Positions 42,499 through 51,224 of a stretch of 61,696 nt of DNA are shown in pieces. The stretch covers positions 16,841,579-16,903,274 of the forward strand of contig NC_068998.1 of NCBI RefSeq assembly GCF_001194135.2, read 5' to 3'. The first letter of the stretch is position 1; every line of letters starts with the position of its first letter. Position numbers and translations under genes: made by a program. Below the pieces are notes generated by a model. It saw only the letters and a program-made list of their open reading frames with translations. It searched no databases and was not told where the DNA came from. Origin of the DNA: Octopus bimaculoides. Its lineage: Eukaryota.

Positions 42499-43045
42499 AC
42501 ACACACATACATACATAAATATGTATGTACATATCACTATTTTGTATTTTTGATATTTTGTGATTGAAAGAGCAGGTGGGGTGTAATTTTATAAGGAATA
42601 TTTTCCGCATTTGTAACAATAAAATGTGTCGTAAAATTTTGAAATATTCTCTTATTTTATTATTTTCAGTGTATATTCTATGACAATTAATGAAAATAAT
42701 CTCTTTTTCTTATTTGAAAATTCTTCTTCACTTATTTTCTGATTACTTTGTATCAACAGCACATGACATTCATCATTGTTTAATGTCCGCTTTCCATGCC
42801 AGCATGGGTTGGACAGTTTGACATGGAGCTGGCCAGACTCCAATTGTCTGTTGTGGCATGGTTTCTATGGGTTGATGACCGTTGTAATGTCAACCACTTA
42901 ACAGAGTGTGGTGGGTGCTATTTATGCAGCACCGGCATGTGTGCTTTTATGCAGCACCGGTATGTGTGTGCTTATGCAGCACCAACATGGGTATGTTTAT
43001 GCAGCACCAGCATGGGTGCATTTACGCAACACTAGTACAATATAC

Positions 43046-43098
<53 letters not shown>

Positions 43099-46000
43099 GC
43101 TTCTTTCAGTTTCTGTCTACCAAATCCGCTGACAAGGCTTGGTTGGTCCAAGGCTATAGTAGAAGACACTTGCCCAAGGTGCCACACAGTGGGACTGAAC
43201 TCTGAACCATGTGGTTGGGAAGCAAGCTTCCTACCATGCAGCCACCCCTGCACTATATATATATATAAAATCTCTAAAAAATGTTATCTCAAGATAAATA
43301 TTGCTGTTTAGCTGGCTTTCAACAATTTATCTGTTTTAAGTATGATACACAAGTTACATGTATATGTCATAAGTTTATATTTTAGTTGAAATTAACCTTA
43401 TTTCATTTATTTTAATTTTTATTTTATGAATCCTCACTTCATATGTTATGCTTTCAATAATATATTTCTCATAGTATATATTCTAAAATTTAATATTTTT
43501 TCGTCAGAATTAACTTAATTGTATCCAATTTGAAGTCACACATTAAGAAGAGCATGTTTTTATATAATCCTTGTTTTATGCTTTAAAGCAAAGAAAAATT
43601 TCCCTTTCAAATTTCTCATATAGAAACTAATGCACACAATATAAGATAATTAAAAGTTAAGGAAATGCCACAACATTACAACTGATATATGCAAGTCACC
43701 TATCTTTGAGAGCTACTTTGCTATGACTTTGTCACATCACACTGTCATTGTGAAGGTACACTATACTGGTTTCTTTCTTGTTGCCTTCTACAGGTAGATG
43801 TGAAGTTTAAAATTTGCAATGAAAATAAATGTGATGTGTGCTCATCATGCTTGTCCTTTTAAGGAGAACAAGGACAATACTGTAAGAGCAAGAAAATAAG
43901 GTGTGACTGGGAGTCAAAGACTGAATTGCTGCTGGTGCTACTTGTTGGAAGCATACCCTTCTTCCATGATACATTTTGAGTAATAATTGAAAAAAGCTGT
44001 GATTCCTCATTAAANNNNNNNNNNNNNNNNNNNNNNNNNNNNNNNNNNNNNNNNNNNNNNNNNNNNNNNNNNNNNNNNNNNNNNNNNNNNNNNNNNNNNN
44101 NNNNNNNNNNNNNNNNNNNNNNNNNNNNNNNNNNNNNNNNNNNNNNNNNNNNNNNNNNNNNNNNNNNNNNNNNNNNNNNNNNNNNNNNNNNNNNNNNNNN
44201 NNNNNNNNNNNNNNNNNNNNNNNNNNNNNNNNNNNNNNNNNNNNNNNNNNNNNNNNNNNNNNNNNNNNNNNNNNNNNNNNNNNNNNNNNNNNNNNNNNNN
44301 NNNNNNNNNNNNNNNNNNNNNNNNNNNNNNNNNNNNNNNNNNNNNNNNNNNNNNNNNNNNNNNNNNNNNNNNNNNNNNNNNNNNNNNNNNNNNNNNNNNN
44401 NNNNNNNNNNNNNNNNNNNNNNNNNNNNNNNNNNNNNNNNNNNNNNNNNNNNNNNNNNNNNNNNNNNNNNNNNNNNNNNNNNNNNNNNNNNNNNNNNNNN
44501 NNNNNNNNNNNNNNNNNNNNNNNNNNNNNNNNNNNNNNNNNNNNNNNNNNNNNNNNNNNNNNNNNNNNNNNNNNNNNNACTTAAAAAGAATTTCTCTTCT
44601 TTTTTTATCTAGATTTGATATTTTCTTCTGTCTTTGATTAAAGAATATGAATCGGATTACATTAATATACTTGCTTTCTGTGCCTTTCAGGATCTAGGAT
44701 TGGTCCAGGAAAAAGAGTATGCTTTGGTGCTGCATCGACATTCTCGAACATCTGGCGGCAATAATGACAACACAGGGGGACAGAACAACGATGAATACAA
44801 CGTTGGCGTCGTTGTGAAGTTGGACACCTTGGGTGGTAGTGGAAGCAGCAGTACTGGGAGCAGTACAGGGGCAGTGGGACAGAATTCCAGCAAAGACAAC
44901 ACTGTACTTCAACTGGAGTTCTTCCTTGTCCTCACCAGCAAATGTGAGCTGCTGCCCACACAGAGTTTTGTGCAGAAGCTGGGCGGGGCTCTTCGTGCTA
45001 CCAGTGCATCAACGTCGCCGGGTGTTGAAGAAGAATTTGATCAGGTCTATGTGCCAGTTAAACAGCATATTGGCGTCAGGTCTGAAACTACCAATAAGAC
45101 ACGTGGCCTTTCTCCATTCCATCGTTTGGTTACACGAGAAGTAGATGCAGCCAAGTAAGTAGAGTAAAGTTTCTGTTCCTATCAACTAAAAAAAAAGACA
45201 TCCAGTTCAATGCTAAAAGAAAGCTTCCACAAATGCATGCAAAACATTCAGTATTTCAAGGTCTTGAATTCAATATCTTAAAGACTGTCAAAAAATCCTT
45301 TCTCTTTTTAATCAACAAGCATGGCTGTGAGATTAAGAAGCTGCTTCCCAGCCTCATGGTTTCAGACTTGGTCCCACTGTGTGGTGTGGCATCTTGGGCA
45401 AGTGTCTCCTACTAGAACCTTGGTTTGACCATAGCTTTATGAGTATATTTGCTAGATGGAAGCTGAAAGATACCTATCGCACACGCACGTGTGTGCATGC
45501 ATCTGTGTTTCCTTGCCTTCATGCTGTACAATAGTTGTAAATGTGTGTTATAGTCATTTTTGATCCTCTGTGAAAACGTATCCAGACATAGGGAAAATAT
45601 TATCTAAAAGGTATTGAGTACTATTTCTATCATCTTTATTACCAATAGTCACTGTCATTAACCCTTTAGCATTCATATTGCTCTGTGAAATGCGATGCTT
45701 ATTTATTCACATTATTTTGAATTAGTCATGCATTATTTCATAGCTTTCAGATTTTGCTGATGTGATTCTTTATTTTTGGATTGGCATTGTAGGGTAGGTG
45801 TGAGAGGCCAGACCTAGCCAGTCTGAACATAAAATAGGTAAAATATTTTAGCCAATTATGACCAGTTTAAATGCTAAAGAGTTAAACTTGGTATTGTCTC
45901 TTTTGTTATCAACTTGATGGTCTTCATAATCTTTATTGTCTTTTTTATGACATCCCCATAGCTTAGCAGTTCAGCCAAAGAGACTAACAGAATAGGTACC

Positions 46001-49000
46001 ACTGTTAAAGTACTGGGGTTGATCTCTCGATTCAAACCCTTCATAGCAGTGCCCTGGCATGGCCACAGTTCAATGGCTGAAACAAATAAAAAATGAAAGA
46101 GAGCATAGTAATGAATGAAGCATATTTGCAAGTTTATTTTCAGATATATACCATTAAGATTTTCATGTTGGGTTCTCAATGCTTTACTGTACTACGAGAG
46201 TATGTCTGTAGATTTCTAACCAACATTGTATGTTTTGACAGATGTAAATATCTTATCTATATATGTATATCATGTACCAGAAACATTGTAAACACAGTGA
46301 TTTATTAAATTTCCTGAAGTAGGTGCTGGTGTGACCATGTGGTAAGAAGCTTGCTTCCCAACCACGTGATTTTGGCTCGGTCCCACTGCATGGAACTTTG
46401 GCCTAGCATCTTCTGTTATGGCCTCAGGATAACCAATGCCTTGTGAGTGGATTTGACTGACAGAAACTGAAACAAGCCTGTCGTGTGGGCTTGTGTCTTT
46501 CTGTCTGCGTTTGTACTCCACCAACACTTGATAACCAGTGTTGGTGTGTTTACATCCCTGTAACTTAGCGGTTCAGTGCAAGAGACCAATAGAATAAGTA
46601 CCAGACTTGAAAAAGAAAAAAAAAGTACTGGGGTTGACTCATTCAGCTAAAAATTCTTCAAGGTGGTACCCCAGCATAGCCACAGTCTAATGACTGAAAC
46701 AAGTGAATGACAAAAGATGAAGTAATTCCAGAAGAGATTCTTTTTTTTTTTTTGTTTATTTCACAGGAGAAAGATAGAAAGGACAGTTATGTCATGCATG
46801 GCCAAATGCCGCCGAGACATATTGTGGGAACGGCTATTAAAGGGAGGACAAGAAGAAGATGGGAAGAAGAAGAAGAAATCTGAAGGAGACGAAGGAGTAA
46901 GTGGACATTTTTTTCATTTTTCTTATTCATTGATTTTGTGATATCTGCAACAGCTGCCATTTCTTGGTCATTATAGTATGAGAAGCAGAGAGTAACAGTA
47001 GTGTTTCACAGAAGGCGATAAGTCGATTACCTCGACTCCAGTGATCATCAGATACTTATTTTATTGACCCCAAAAAGACCAAAGGTAATGTCGACCCTGG
47101 CAGAATTTGAACACGGAGCATAAAGACAGACAAGATGTAGTTAACCATTTTGCCTGGTGTGCTAACAATTCTACCACCTTGCCGCCTATATTAGGTTAAT
47201 ATTAGATCATCTTAGGCAATGTTACATTGGCACAATAACTATATTAACTTTTTTTGGCATATCTCAAGGTAAATAGATACTAATGAACATCATCACTAAT
47301 TAATGTCCGTTTTCCTTGCTGGCATGAGTTGAAATGATGTAACAGAACAACAGGGCTGCATTGTGCTCCAGTGTCAGTTTTGGCTTGGTTTCTACAACTG
47401 GATGCCCTTCCTGATGTCAACCACACTACAGTGTGCACTAGGTGTTCTTTTTGTGCCACCAGCACTAATGAGGTTGTCAAGTAGCTTGCAAGACTGGAAA
47501 AGAAAAAAAAAACGAAGAAGCAAAAGGAAAAAGCCTCCTCAGCTAGGTGGCGGCGGTGGTTGTTGTCGTTTATGAGAAGTGGTTTTATGCCAAGTATTAG
47601 GGGGTTAAAGTATGATAGAGGGATAAGTACAGGTGTCTTTGCTATAGAAAAGATACATAACTACTCTGCATTATATAAGGGTGGATGGGAATAACTAGGA
47701 AGGAGATATGATAGTAGTGGTGGGGTGCCAGAGCAAACCCTCAAGCAAAAAGAGAGAATATGGGCCCCAAAATAAAAAATATTTATTAAACCAAAACTGG
47801 AAACAAATTTCTTGTTTGTATATTTAGTAAATATATGTTATCAATAACAGTAATACTGTTACACTATCCGTTAATTATAGATGTCACATTATCTTAATTA
47901 ACAATGGCAAAAGTATGTACCCGGCATTACTTGTTAAGTGACACTCCAGTTAGTAGAGTGTAACCAAAGGAGATAAACCCAGTAAGCTCAGCTATCGTTC
48001 TTTCAAAGATAGACAAACTCAGAGAGACAGGGGGACTCTGCCATTTATATTACCTAAGTACCTCTCTCTCTTTCTCTGTAGATTTTGGACTATCCAAAAC
48101 TATTTAACACCAGCCATCATCATCATCATTATTATCACTATTGTTCATACCGTAATGGCAAACCTTTTTTTAGCCTGGCATAAAAAATGTTTATTTCTTT
48201 AATAGTTCTGTTATTGCAATGTCACTTACATATGTATACAAGTGTTTTAGTTTGAAGTAAATACTAGTCTATTTAGTTGTAAATAAATATCAGATTCTGT
48301 GAGAAGGAATAAACAAAATTGAATTTTAAAAGAAGACAACAGTTATTTTAAAGATATATTTATATCACCTATTTATCAGATTGTGTAAATTATAAGCAAA
48401 TTTCTGTGTATGTATTTTATAAGACCACAAAGAAATTTCACTCATCTTTCTATTTTGACCAAGCTTTTGTCTTTCAAACGGTTTTAATTTTCATTTTCTA
48501 CCATTTCTTTCAGCTTCTTCGTCTTACATATTCTGAATTTGAAGAACTGATGTGCATGGTTGAGTCTTCATCCTTAAGTGAACTGGATGAACGACTTTTA
48601 CATTTCACTAACATGGGTCGTAACTGGTTCAATACATTACTTACTTACCTTCCCAGTCGATATGGTGACCAGTTTCGACATTTCGTCAACGCTGATGGCA
48701 AAATACAATGTGCAGTATGTAGGATTTTTGAAATATTCTCAAATTTTATTATCATGAACCACGTGGTTCAGTATTTTATGTACTTGTTAGTATACCTACA
48801 ACTAAGTTGGGGTGGTCACAACTTAAAAATTGGAGATGAATACATAAATAATACGAAGGGGTGCTGAAAAGTTCCAGGCTTTAAGGGTATCGCAAAAGGC
48901 CTGGCTGGAGGCCCAACCTTCTGGTTTCTTTTACAGGGCTTCAAAAAACTGAAGGACTGCTGCAATAAGTATGTAAATCTGAGAGAGGAATATGTTAAAT

Positions 49001-49075
49001 AAAATCATAATTAACTGATCCTTCTGTATATTTTTTTACCTAAAGCCAGGAACTTTTTAGCACCCCCTCACACAT

Positions 49076-49111
<36 letters not shown>

Positions 49112-51153
49112 TTTATGTATGTAGGTTACTGTATGTTCTTGAGTACAATGTGATCTTTATTATAATGCACACACCCCCACACACACACAAACACACATGC
49201 ACAGTGTGACCCCACTGCACGCAATGCAACCACCCCACTAAAAGTCTCTTGTATATTTTATCCTTTTTTTTTTTTACACACTGCTATAATACATCTCTCT
49301 CCCACCACCACCACCACCAATTAGATCGCAATGTTTTGTTATTATATTTTTCTTCATTACTGTATTTGATGGCATAAAAAAAGTGCAGGCATATTAGACA
49401 GCCCCAATTTCAGGTGTGGATAATTAGTTTAAAAACAGACAAACTTTTTTAGCACATTAAAGCATGTAATATTTAAAGTGATCTTGCAGGAGGAGGAATT
49501 TCAACCATGTTTCGTGGTCTGCTACCACAACAGCTCCTTTATAGGATCCAGTTAGCTCAAGACATCATCAGGAGGAACCACGTCCGGTTTCGGCCCCTAC
49601 TCCTCTACCGTTTTGATGTGGCGGGGCCCCCTCTTTCGGAGGTGTCTTCAGCTCTGGTGTTGGGTGCATGTCTTCTTTCTTCTATTCCCTGGCCTCTTCG
49701 ATGCAGCATCAACAAGTGTCAGCGTCCGACTGACTGTCTTGTCAAATTCTCCTTTTTATACCTGCTGCTAGGCTCCAGCAGGCTGCCCCAGCAAGTATTA
49801 CAACTTCATGTATAGGATTTGGGGTGATCTCTTGGGATATTTTTTAAAGAAAAGTGTCTTATAACTGTATCATAATATAATTCTTTTATATTTGTTATTA
49901 GGTCATTGTCAGTCCAGACTACTCAGATACATGTATCCAGTTAACTGTAAACAGTGCTGTGGTGAGAGCTGTGAGTTCAACATTAACTATTTCATTTCAC
50001 ATCCTTCAAAATTCATGCCTATCTCTCTTGTCTTCATTTTCTTATAGCTGGTTTATTTATTATTACATAGACCTCACTAGTGCTGGTACCATGAAAAAAG
50101 CACTCAGTACACTCTGTAAAGTGGTTGGTATTAGGAATGGCATTCAGCTATAGAAGCCATGCCAAAGCAAACATTGGAGCTCAGTGCATTCCTCAGCTTG
50201 GTTGATTCCTGTCAAACCATCCAAACCATGTGAGCATGGACGAGGGATATTAAAATATAATAATAATGTTGGCATAGAGCAAGACAGTTAGGATACACAA
50301 TTCAATCTGTGTATTTGCAGTGTTGGTTCCTACAACTATAAGATCTTTCATTACTCTAGGTGGAAAAATTGCAGTACCAAATAATAATTCAAATCAAGAT
50401 CATCCAAAACTGACTCAATGGTTCTTATAGGTTTTTACACTCTAAAGTTATGGTTTGATGTAGTGCACATCAACATTACTAGTTTTGGCATGATTACACA
50501 AAATTTTTTTTGCATAATTACATACATCATCATTTAGCATCTGTATTCCATTCAAGCCTGGGTTGGACTTGCTGGCCTCCAGTTGCTATGGTTTAGGGAT
50601 TTGCTCTGGTGTATTTACGGTGTTAAGAAGTTATCAATAAACTGTTAACGTTAATTTTTATTATAGAAAAATAGCAAAAAATCAGTTTTTGCTCTAAAAC
50701 CACCTAAAAACACCTTTAAAAGGTGTCAAAACTATAAAATCCATTAACTTCAAATCAAATGAAGTTAACGGAAGTTAATTAGTCTGATAATGATTTCCAA
50801 AGTTAATTTAAAAAAGTTAAATTGTTAACAAAAATGTTAACTTTGTTAATTAACAATTAATGGCTTGGTGCCCAAGTTTGAATTTCACCCTTTCTCAAAC
50901 ATGTAGGTATCTGTTGGTGATATTTTTGTGTACAGTTACCTTTCATTTTCAGTTCAAATTATTTATTTAATTTATTTATATATCTATTTTTTGTTTTTAT
51001 ATTATTTAGGATTTGAGTCTTTTGAATCGAGAACCAAGACCAGTTGGTCCTTCACAATCTCAAGAAGATGAACAACATCAAGAAGCTGTGCAGAATCTTG
51101 TTGAAAGTTTTATCGGTGCTTGCTGTTTTCATCTCTGGAGCAGCATGCTGTAA
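813..51153 (+). CDS. SZT2: SZT2 (KICSTOR subunit), 5'-partial multi-exon CDS: join(813-980,3514-3717,4347-4480,6649-6838,8206-8399,16674-16851,19045-19196,20598-20768,22372-22624,23605-23675,25870-26037,28623-28885,31052-31262,32595-32808,33370-33503,44691-45154,46767-46896,48514-48714,49902-49970,51010-51153)
   Basis: All 20 exons have AG/GT boundaries with matching phases; total 3713 nt = 2 + 1237 codons ending in TAA. The peptides match human SZT2 C-terminal motifs recalled from knowledge: [12 protein letters not shown]; [15 protein letters not shown]; [24 protein letters not shown]; [17 protein letters not shown]; [10 protein letters not shown]; [11 protein letters not shown]; [11 protein letters not shown]; [10 protein letters not shown]; [11 protein letters not shown]. 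Confidence 0.95.
1087..1246. mobile_element. Tc1/mariner-superfamily (Tc2-like) MITE
   Basis: About 25-bp terminal inverted repeats with a perfect 15-bp core (GTGTATAAGGAACCC / GGGTTCCTTATACAC), flanked by TA on both sides. Confidence 0.65.
1783..2600 (+). repeat. Three tandem copies of a ~270-bp hairpin-rich unit of unknown family
   Basis: The GTGGCTGTCC...TTTAACCCCAGG...CTCAATATTTATT motif recurs, with GTGGC at 1792, 2061 and 2416; the third copy is truncated. Confidence 0.9.
3514..3717 (+). CDS. SZT2: SZT2 exon ([15 protein letters not shown]...SPSVVK)
   Basis: ctccag|GTTTA ... AAAG|gtatgt; 204 nt, phase 1-1; resembles the human LRLDVWEKGN...ALADAIIE region. Confidence 0.92.
4347..4480 (+). 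CDS. SZT2: SZT2 exon, K/S-rich linker (VRENEEKLQ...SKDTTK)
   Basis: cattag|TGAGAG ... AAG|gtaggt; 134 nt, phase 1-0. It is required to bridge the phase-1 donor at 3717 to the phase-0 acceptor at 6649. Poorly conserved sequence. Confidence 0.78.
4576..5445 (+). mobile_element. Head-to-tail array of four tRNA-derived SINE copies (family B)
   Basis: The pattern GGCAGAA..TTAGCA...TTCTGAGTTCAAAT...CCTTTCATCC...GATAAAATAAGTACC...CCAAA occurs four times (starts ~4576, 4815, 5065, 5273), separated by (TTA)n tails. Other family copies at ~9395, 28250, 29296, 30815, 32360, 58195 (+) and 47010-47187 (-). Confidence 0.85.
6649..6838 (+). CDS. SZT2: SZT2 exon (GSETSW...[27 protein letters not shown])
   Basis: ataaag|GGATCA ... 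TTAG|gtaagt; 190 nt, phase 0-1; resembles human EEGEVGTLHPVF...RWMEF. Absent from the ORF track. Confidence 0.9.
7385..7570 (+). repeat. Interspersed repeat (GATGCC.TTCCTGT.GCCAACC.TCACCTGTTTCCA.GTAAGGTAATATTTCC family)
   Basis: Homologous copies at ~2640-2750, 13130-13350, 24700-24930 (+) and 61250-61445 (-). Confidence 0.75.
8206..8399 (+). CDS. SZT2: SZT2 exon ([24 protein letters not shown]...IIRSSA)
   Basis: tttcag|CTGTT ... GCA|gtaagt; 194 nt, phase 1-0. Confidence 0.9.
14640..15120 (-). mobile_element. 3' fragment of an R4/Dong-like non-LTR retrotransposon with a restriction-like endonuclease
   Basis: The minus strand reads [11 protein letters not shown], then after a frameshift EISCPLD...QEKDNIY...FTPII, and finally [16 protein letters not shown] (stop at 14729-14731). 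This is the RLE PD-(D/E)xK C-terminus. Confidence 0.8.
15770..16000 (-). mobile_element. Fossil CR1/L2-like reverse transcriptase fragment
   Basis: [15 protein letters not shown] resembles HxxLLxKLESYGIxG. A similar QHGF-bearing fossil lies at ~9010-9270 (-). Confidence 0.4.
16674..16851 (+). CDS. SZT2: SZT2 exon (SKRGSMD...[12 protein letters not shown]...HSHR)
   Basis: ttttag|TCTAAA ... CGAG|gtatgg; 178 nt, phase 0-1; resembles the human LLLGRNFLQW motif. Confidence 0.9.
17560..17798. mobile_element. hAT (Charlie-like) MITE
   Basis: Termini CAGTTGTTCTCAAAC and GGTTGAGAACCAC resemble the hAT CAGTGGTTCTCAA inverted repeat; the target-site duplication is unclear. Confidence 0.6.
17954..18742. 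mobile_element. piggyBac-type MITE carrying a nested second MITE and an RTE tail
   Basis: TTAA|CCCTTTTGATACC ... GGTAACAAAAGGG|TCAA (12/13 inverted-repeat match). Inner MITE at 18080-18299; RTE tail at 18356-18703. Confidence 0.75.
19045..19196 (+). CDS. SZT2: SZT2 exon (ATHREFRF...[15 protein letters not shown])
   Basis: ttacag|CAACA ... AAG|gttggt; 152 nt, phase 1-0. Confidence 0.93.
19716..20075 (-). mobile_element. RTE-clade LINE 3' end
   Basis: The minus strand reads [34 protein letters not shown], a typical RTE ORF2 C-terminus, followed by the 3' UTR and a (GAT)n tail. Confidence 0.85.
20598..20768 (+). CDS. SZT2: SZT2 exon (MTFFTYN...WQNARAH...[15 protein letters not shown])
   Basis: ttccag|ATGACA ... 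AAA|gtgagt; 171 nt, phase 0-0. Confidence 0.95.
21959..22313 (+). mobile_element. Penelope-like element remnant: inverted pseudo-LTR pair plus tail, with an 11-bp target-site duplication
   Basis: Palindrome 21957-22256 (148/149 bp matched, 2-nt loop) followed by a 57-nt tail; TATCATAAGAT direct repeats at 21948-21958 and 22314-22324; a hammerhead motif in each arm. Confidence 0.75.
22132..22172 (+). ncRNA. Minimal type I hammerhead ribozyme motif (Penelope type); mirror copy at 22041-22081 on the minus strand
   Basis: GTTA-CTGAAGA-G-ATTGCA(AGAG)TGCAAT-GAAA-T-A-ATT-TAAC: stem I GTTA/TAAC, intact CUGANGA and GAAA cores, 6-bp stem II, 2-bp stem III, AUU cleavage triplet. Confidence 0.7.
22372..22624 (+). 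CDS. SZT2: SZT2 exon ([12 protein letters not shown]...RPFDE...[14 protein letters not shown])
   Basis: catcag|CAAAAT ... AGAG|gtaaga; 253 nt, phase 0-1. Confidence 0.92.
22715..23095 (+). mobile_element. Bipartite non-autonomous RTE derivative (5' UTR joined to 3' end); further copies at ~29480-29900 and ~35650-36140 (-)
   Basis: A BovB/RTE-like 5' end (GAGAGCTATG...GCTGGACAGGTCAAA in the minus copies) is joined directly to [10 protein letters not shown]...KGL*, the end of RTE ORF2. Confidence 0.65.
23605..23675 (+). CDS. SZT2: SZT2 exon ([24 protein letters not shown])
   Basis: caacag|ATATT ... TCA|gtaaga; 71 nt, phase 1-0; bridges the phases of its neighbours. Confidence 0.88.
24991..25239 (+). 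mobile_element. Young RTE-tail element
   Basis: GTGGCACGTAAAAAGCACCC...GTTAGGAAGGGCATCCAGCTG...CCATGCTAGCATGGAAAGCGGACGTTAAATGATGATGA. Other copies at ~4005, 19489, 20905, 36283, 50090 (+) and ~8000, 21350, 31350, 42772, 47285 (-). Confidence 0.85.
25277..25375. repeat. 99-nt imperfect palindrome containing hammerhead core motifs
   Basis: Arms about 80% complementary around T25326; CTGATGA at 25325-25331, GAAAC at 25346-25350, GTC at 25357-25359. Confidence 0.75.
25870..26037 (+). CDS. SZT2: SZT2 exon ([23 protein letters not shown]...ETKA)
   Basis: ttacag|GAGGAC ... GCA|gtgcgt; 168 nt, phase 0-0. Confidence 0.94.
27369..27386 (+). CDS. SZT2: Candidate SZT2 microexon, 18 nt (ATVTKS)
   Basis: ctcctctttctttctctctttctctag|GCTACAGTCACCAAAAGT|gtaagt; in frame, inside a phase-0 intron. 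Confidence 0.6.
28623..28885 (+). CDS. SZT2: SZT2 exon (RSRHSSG...[22 protein letters not shown]...SPKR)
   Basis: aaacag|CGTTCT ... CGAAA|gtaatt; 263 nt, phase 0-2. Confidence 0.93.
31052..31262 (+). CDS. SZT2: SZT2 exon (NNRQPL...[15 protein letters not shown]...NVNSQ)
   Basis: ttgcag|CAATAAT ... CAG|gtacaa; 211 nt, phase 2-0. Confidence 0.93.
32595..32808 (+). CDS. SZT2: SZT2 exon ([10 protein letters not shown]...[11 protein letters not shown]...FSRNYVHR)
   Basis: ttacag|TTGCGT ... AGAG|gtttgt; 214 nt, phase 0-1. Confidence 0.95.
33057..33295 (-). mobile_element. Mariner internal-deletion derivative
   Basis: TA|TTGGGTCATCCCATAA inverted repeat; the minus strand reads [25 protein letters not shown], a mariner transposase C-terminus. 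Confidence 0.75.
33370..33503 (+). CDS. SZT2: SZT2 exon (ARIQL...QLYDYILKH...SELDL)
   Basis: ctacag|CCCGT ... CTA|gtaaga; 134 nt, phase 1-0. Confidence 0.92.
35374..35403 (+). CDS. SZT2: Candidate SZT2 microexon, 30 nt ([10 protein letters not shown])
   Basis: gttttgtttgtttcag|CTACGGTTTGATTACTGGAATTGGAAAAAG|gtaaga; in frame, inside a phase-0 intron. Confidence 0.6.
36286..36543 (+). repeat. ~10 tandem 21-28-bp units (GCTGGTGCCACATAAGAAGCACCCAT) inside an RTE tail
   Basis: The periodicity is directly visible; a related 24-bp array is in reverse orientation at ~42920-43030. Confidence 0.9.
37856..37921 (+). ncRNA. Degenerate Penelope-type hammerhead motif
   Basis: TCACG-CTGATGA ... CCAAA/TTTGG stem ... 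GAAAC-TCGA-GTT-CGGG: palindromic stem III and GUU triplet; stem I and the base of stem II carry mismatches. Confidence 0.5.
40560..41010 (-). mobile_element. Fossil CR1/L2-like reverse transcriptase fragment
   Basis: Minus-strand peptides [21 protein letters not shown] and [36 protein letters not shown] resemble the RT N-terminal motifs (NYRPISL...QHGF); stop codons present. Confidence 0.55.
44015..44578. other. Assembly gap (N run); other gaps at 6158-6221, 8559-8867, 13381-13476, 15348-15447, 26300-26511, 34115-34355, 60320-60887
   Basis: Runs of N, mostly flanked by microsatellites. Confidence 0.99.
44691..45154 (+). CDS. SZT2: SZT2 exon ([16 protein letters not shown]...[11 protein letters not shown]...REVDAA)
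   Basis: tttcag|GATCTA ... GCCAA|gtaagt; 464 nt, phase 0-2; includes G/S/N low-complexity stretches. Confidence 0.93.
46767..46896 (+). CDS. SZT2: SZT2 exon (RKIERTV...[11 protein letters not shown]...EGDEG)
   Basis: tcacag|GAGAAA ... GGA|gtaagt; 130 nt, phase 2-0. Absent from the ORF track. Confidence 0.93.
48514..48714 (+). CDS. SZT2: SZT2 exon ([12 protein letters not shown]...GKIQCA)
   Basis: tttcag|CTTCTT ... GCA|gtatgt; 201 nt, phase 0-0. Confidence 0.93.
48854..49070 (+). mobile_element. Mariner internal-deletion derivative
   Basis: TA|CGAAGGGGTGCTGAAAAGTTCCAGGCTTTA ... TAAAGCCAGGAACTTTTTAGCACCCCCTC inverted repeats; the interior reads [21 protein letters not shown]. Confidence 0.85.
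49480..49830 (-). mobile_element. Penelope-like pseudo-LTR remnant (GC-rich island)
   Basis: The minus strand carries a GGTATAAAAAGG TATA-like motif, then CTGAAGA (49645-49651), GGCCCC/GGGGCC-GAAAC (49587-49591), CTGATGA (49565-49571) and GTGGT/ACCAC-GAAAC (49509-49513). Confidence 0.55.
49902..49970 (+). CDS. SZT2: SZT2 exon ([23 protein letters not shown])
   Basis: tattag|GTCATT ... GCT|gtgagt; 69 nt, phase 0-0; aligns with human VVLNQKFTDCF. An alternative in-frame donor lies at 49962. Confidence 0.85.
51010..51153 (+). CDS. SZT2: SZT2 last coding exon (DLSLLNREP...[11 protein letters not shown])
   Basis: atttag|GATTTG ... CTG TAA (stop 51151-51153); matches the recalled human ending ACFTLWTRLL*. 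Confidence 0.94.
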   Translation, partial: DLSLLNREPRPVGPSQSQEDEQHQEAVQNLVESFIGACCFHLWSSML

Positions 51154-51224
51154 TATGCAGAAATATATTTTTTTTTTAAATATTTTTTTCCGGCAGGAAC
51201 AGTATGCACTGAAATGCAATGGTC

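Noticed and set aside
49507-49815. 102-aa GC-rich + strand ORF as an extra exon or gene
   Set aside because: It does not fit the exon phases or SZT2 homology and is better explained as the antisense of a Penelope-like LTR.
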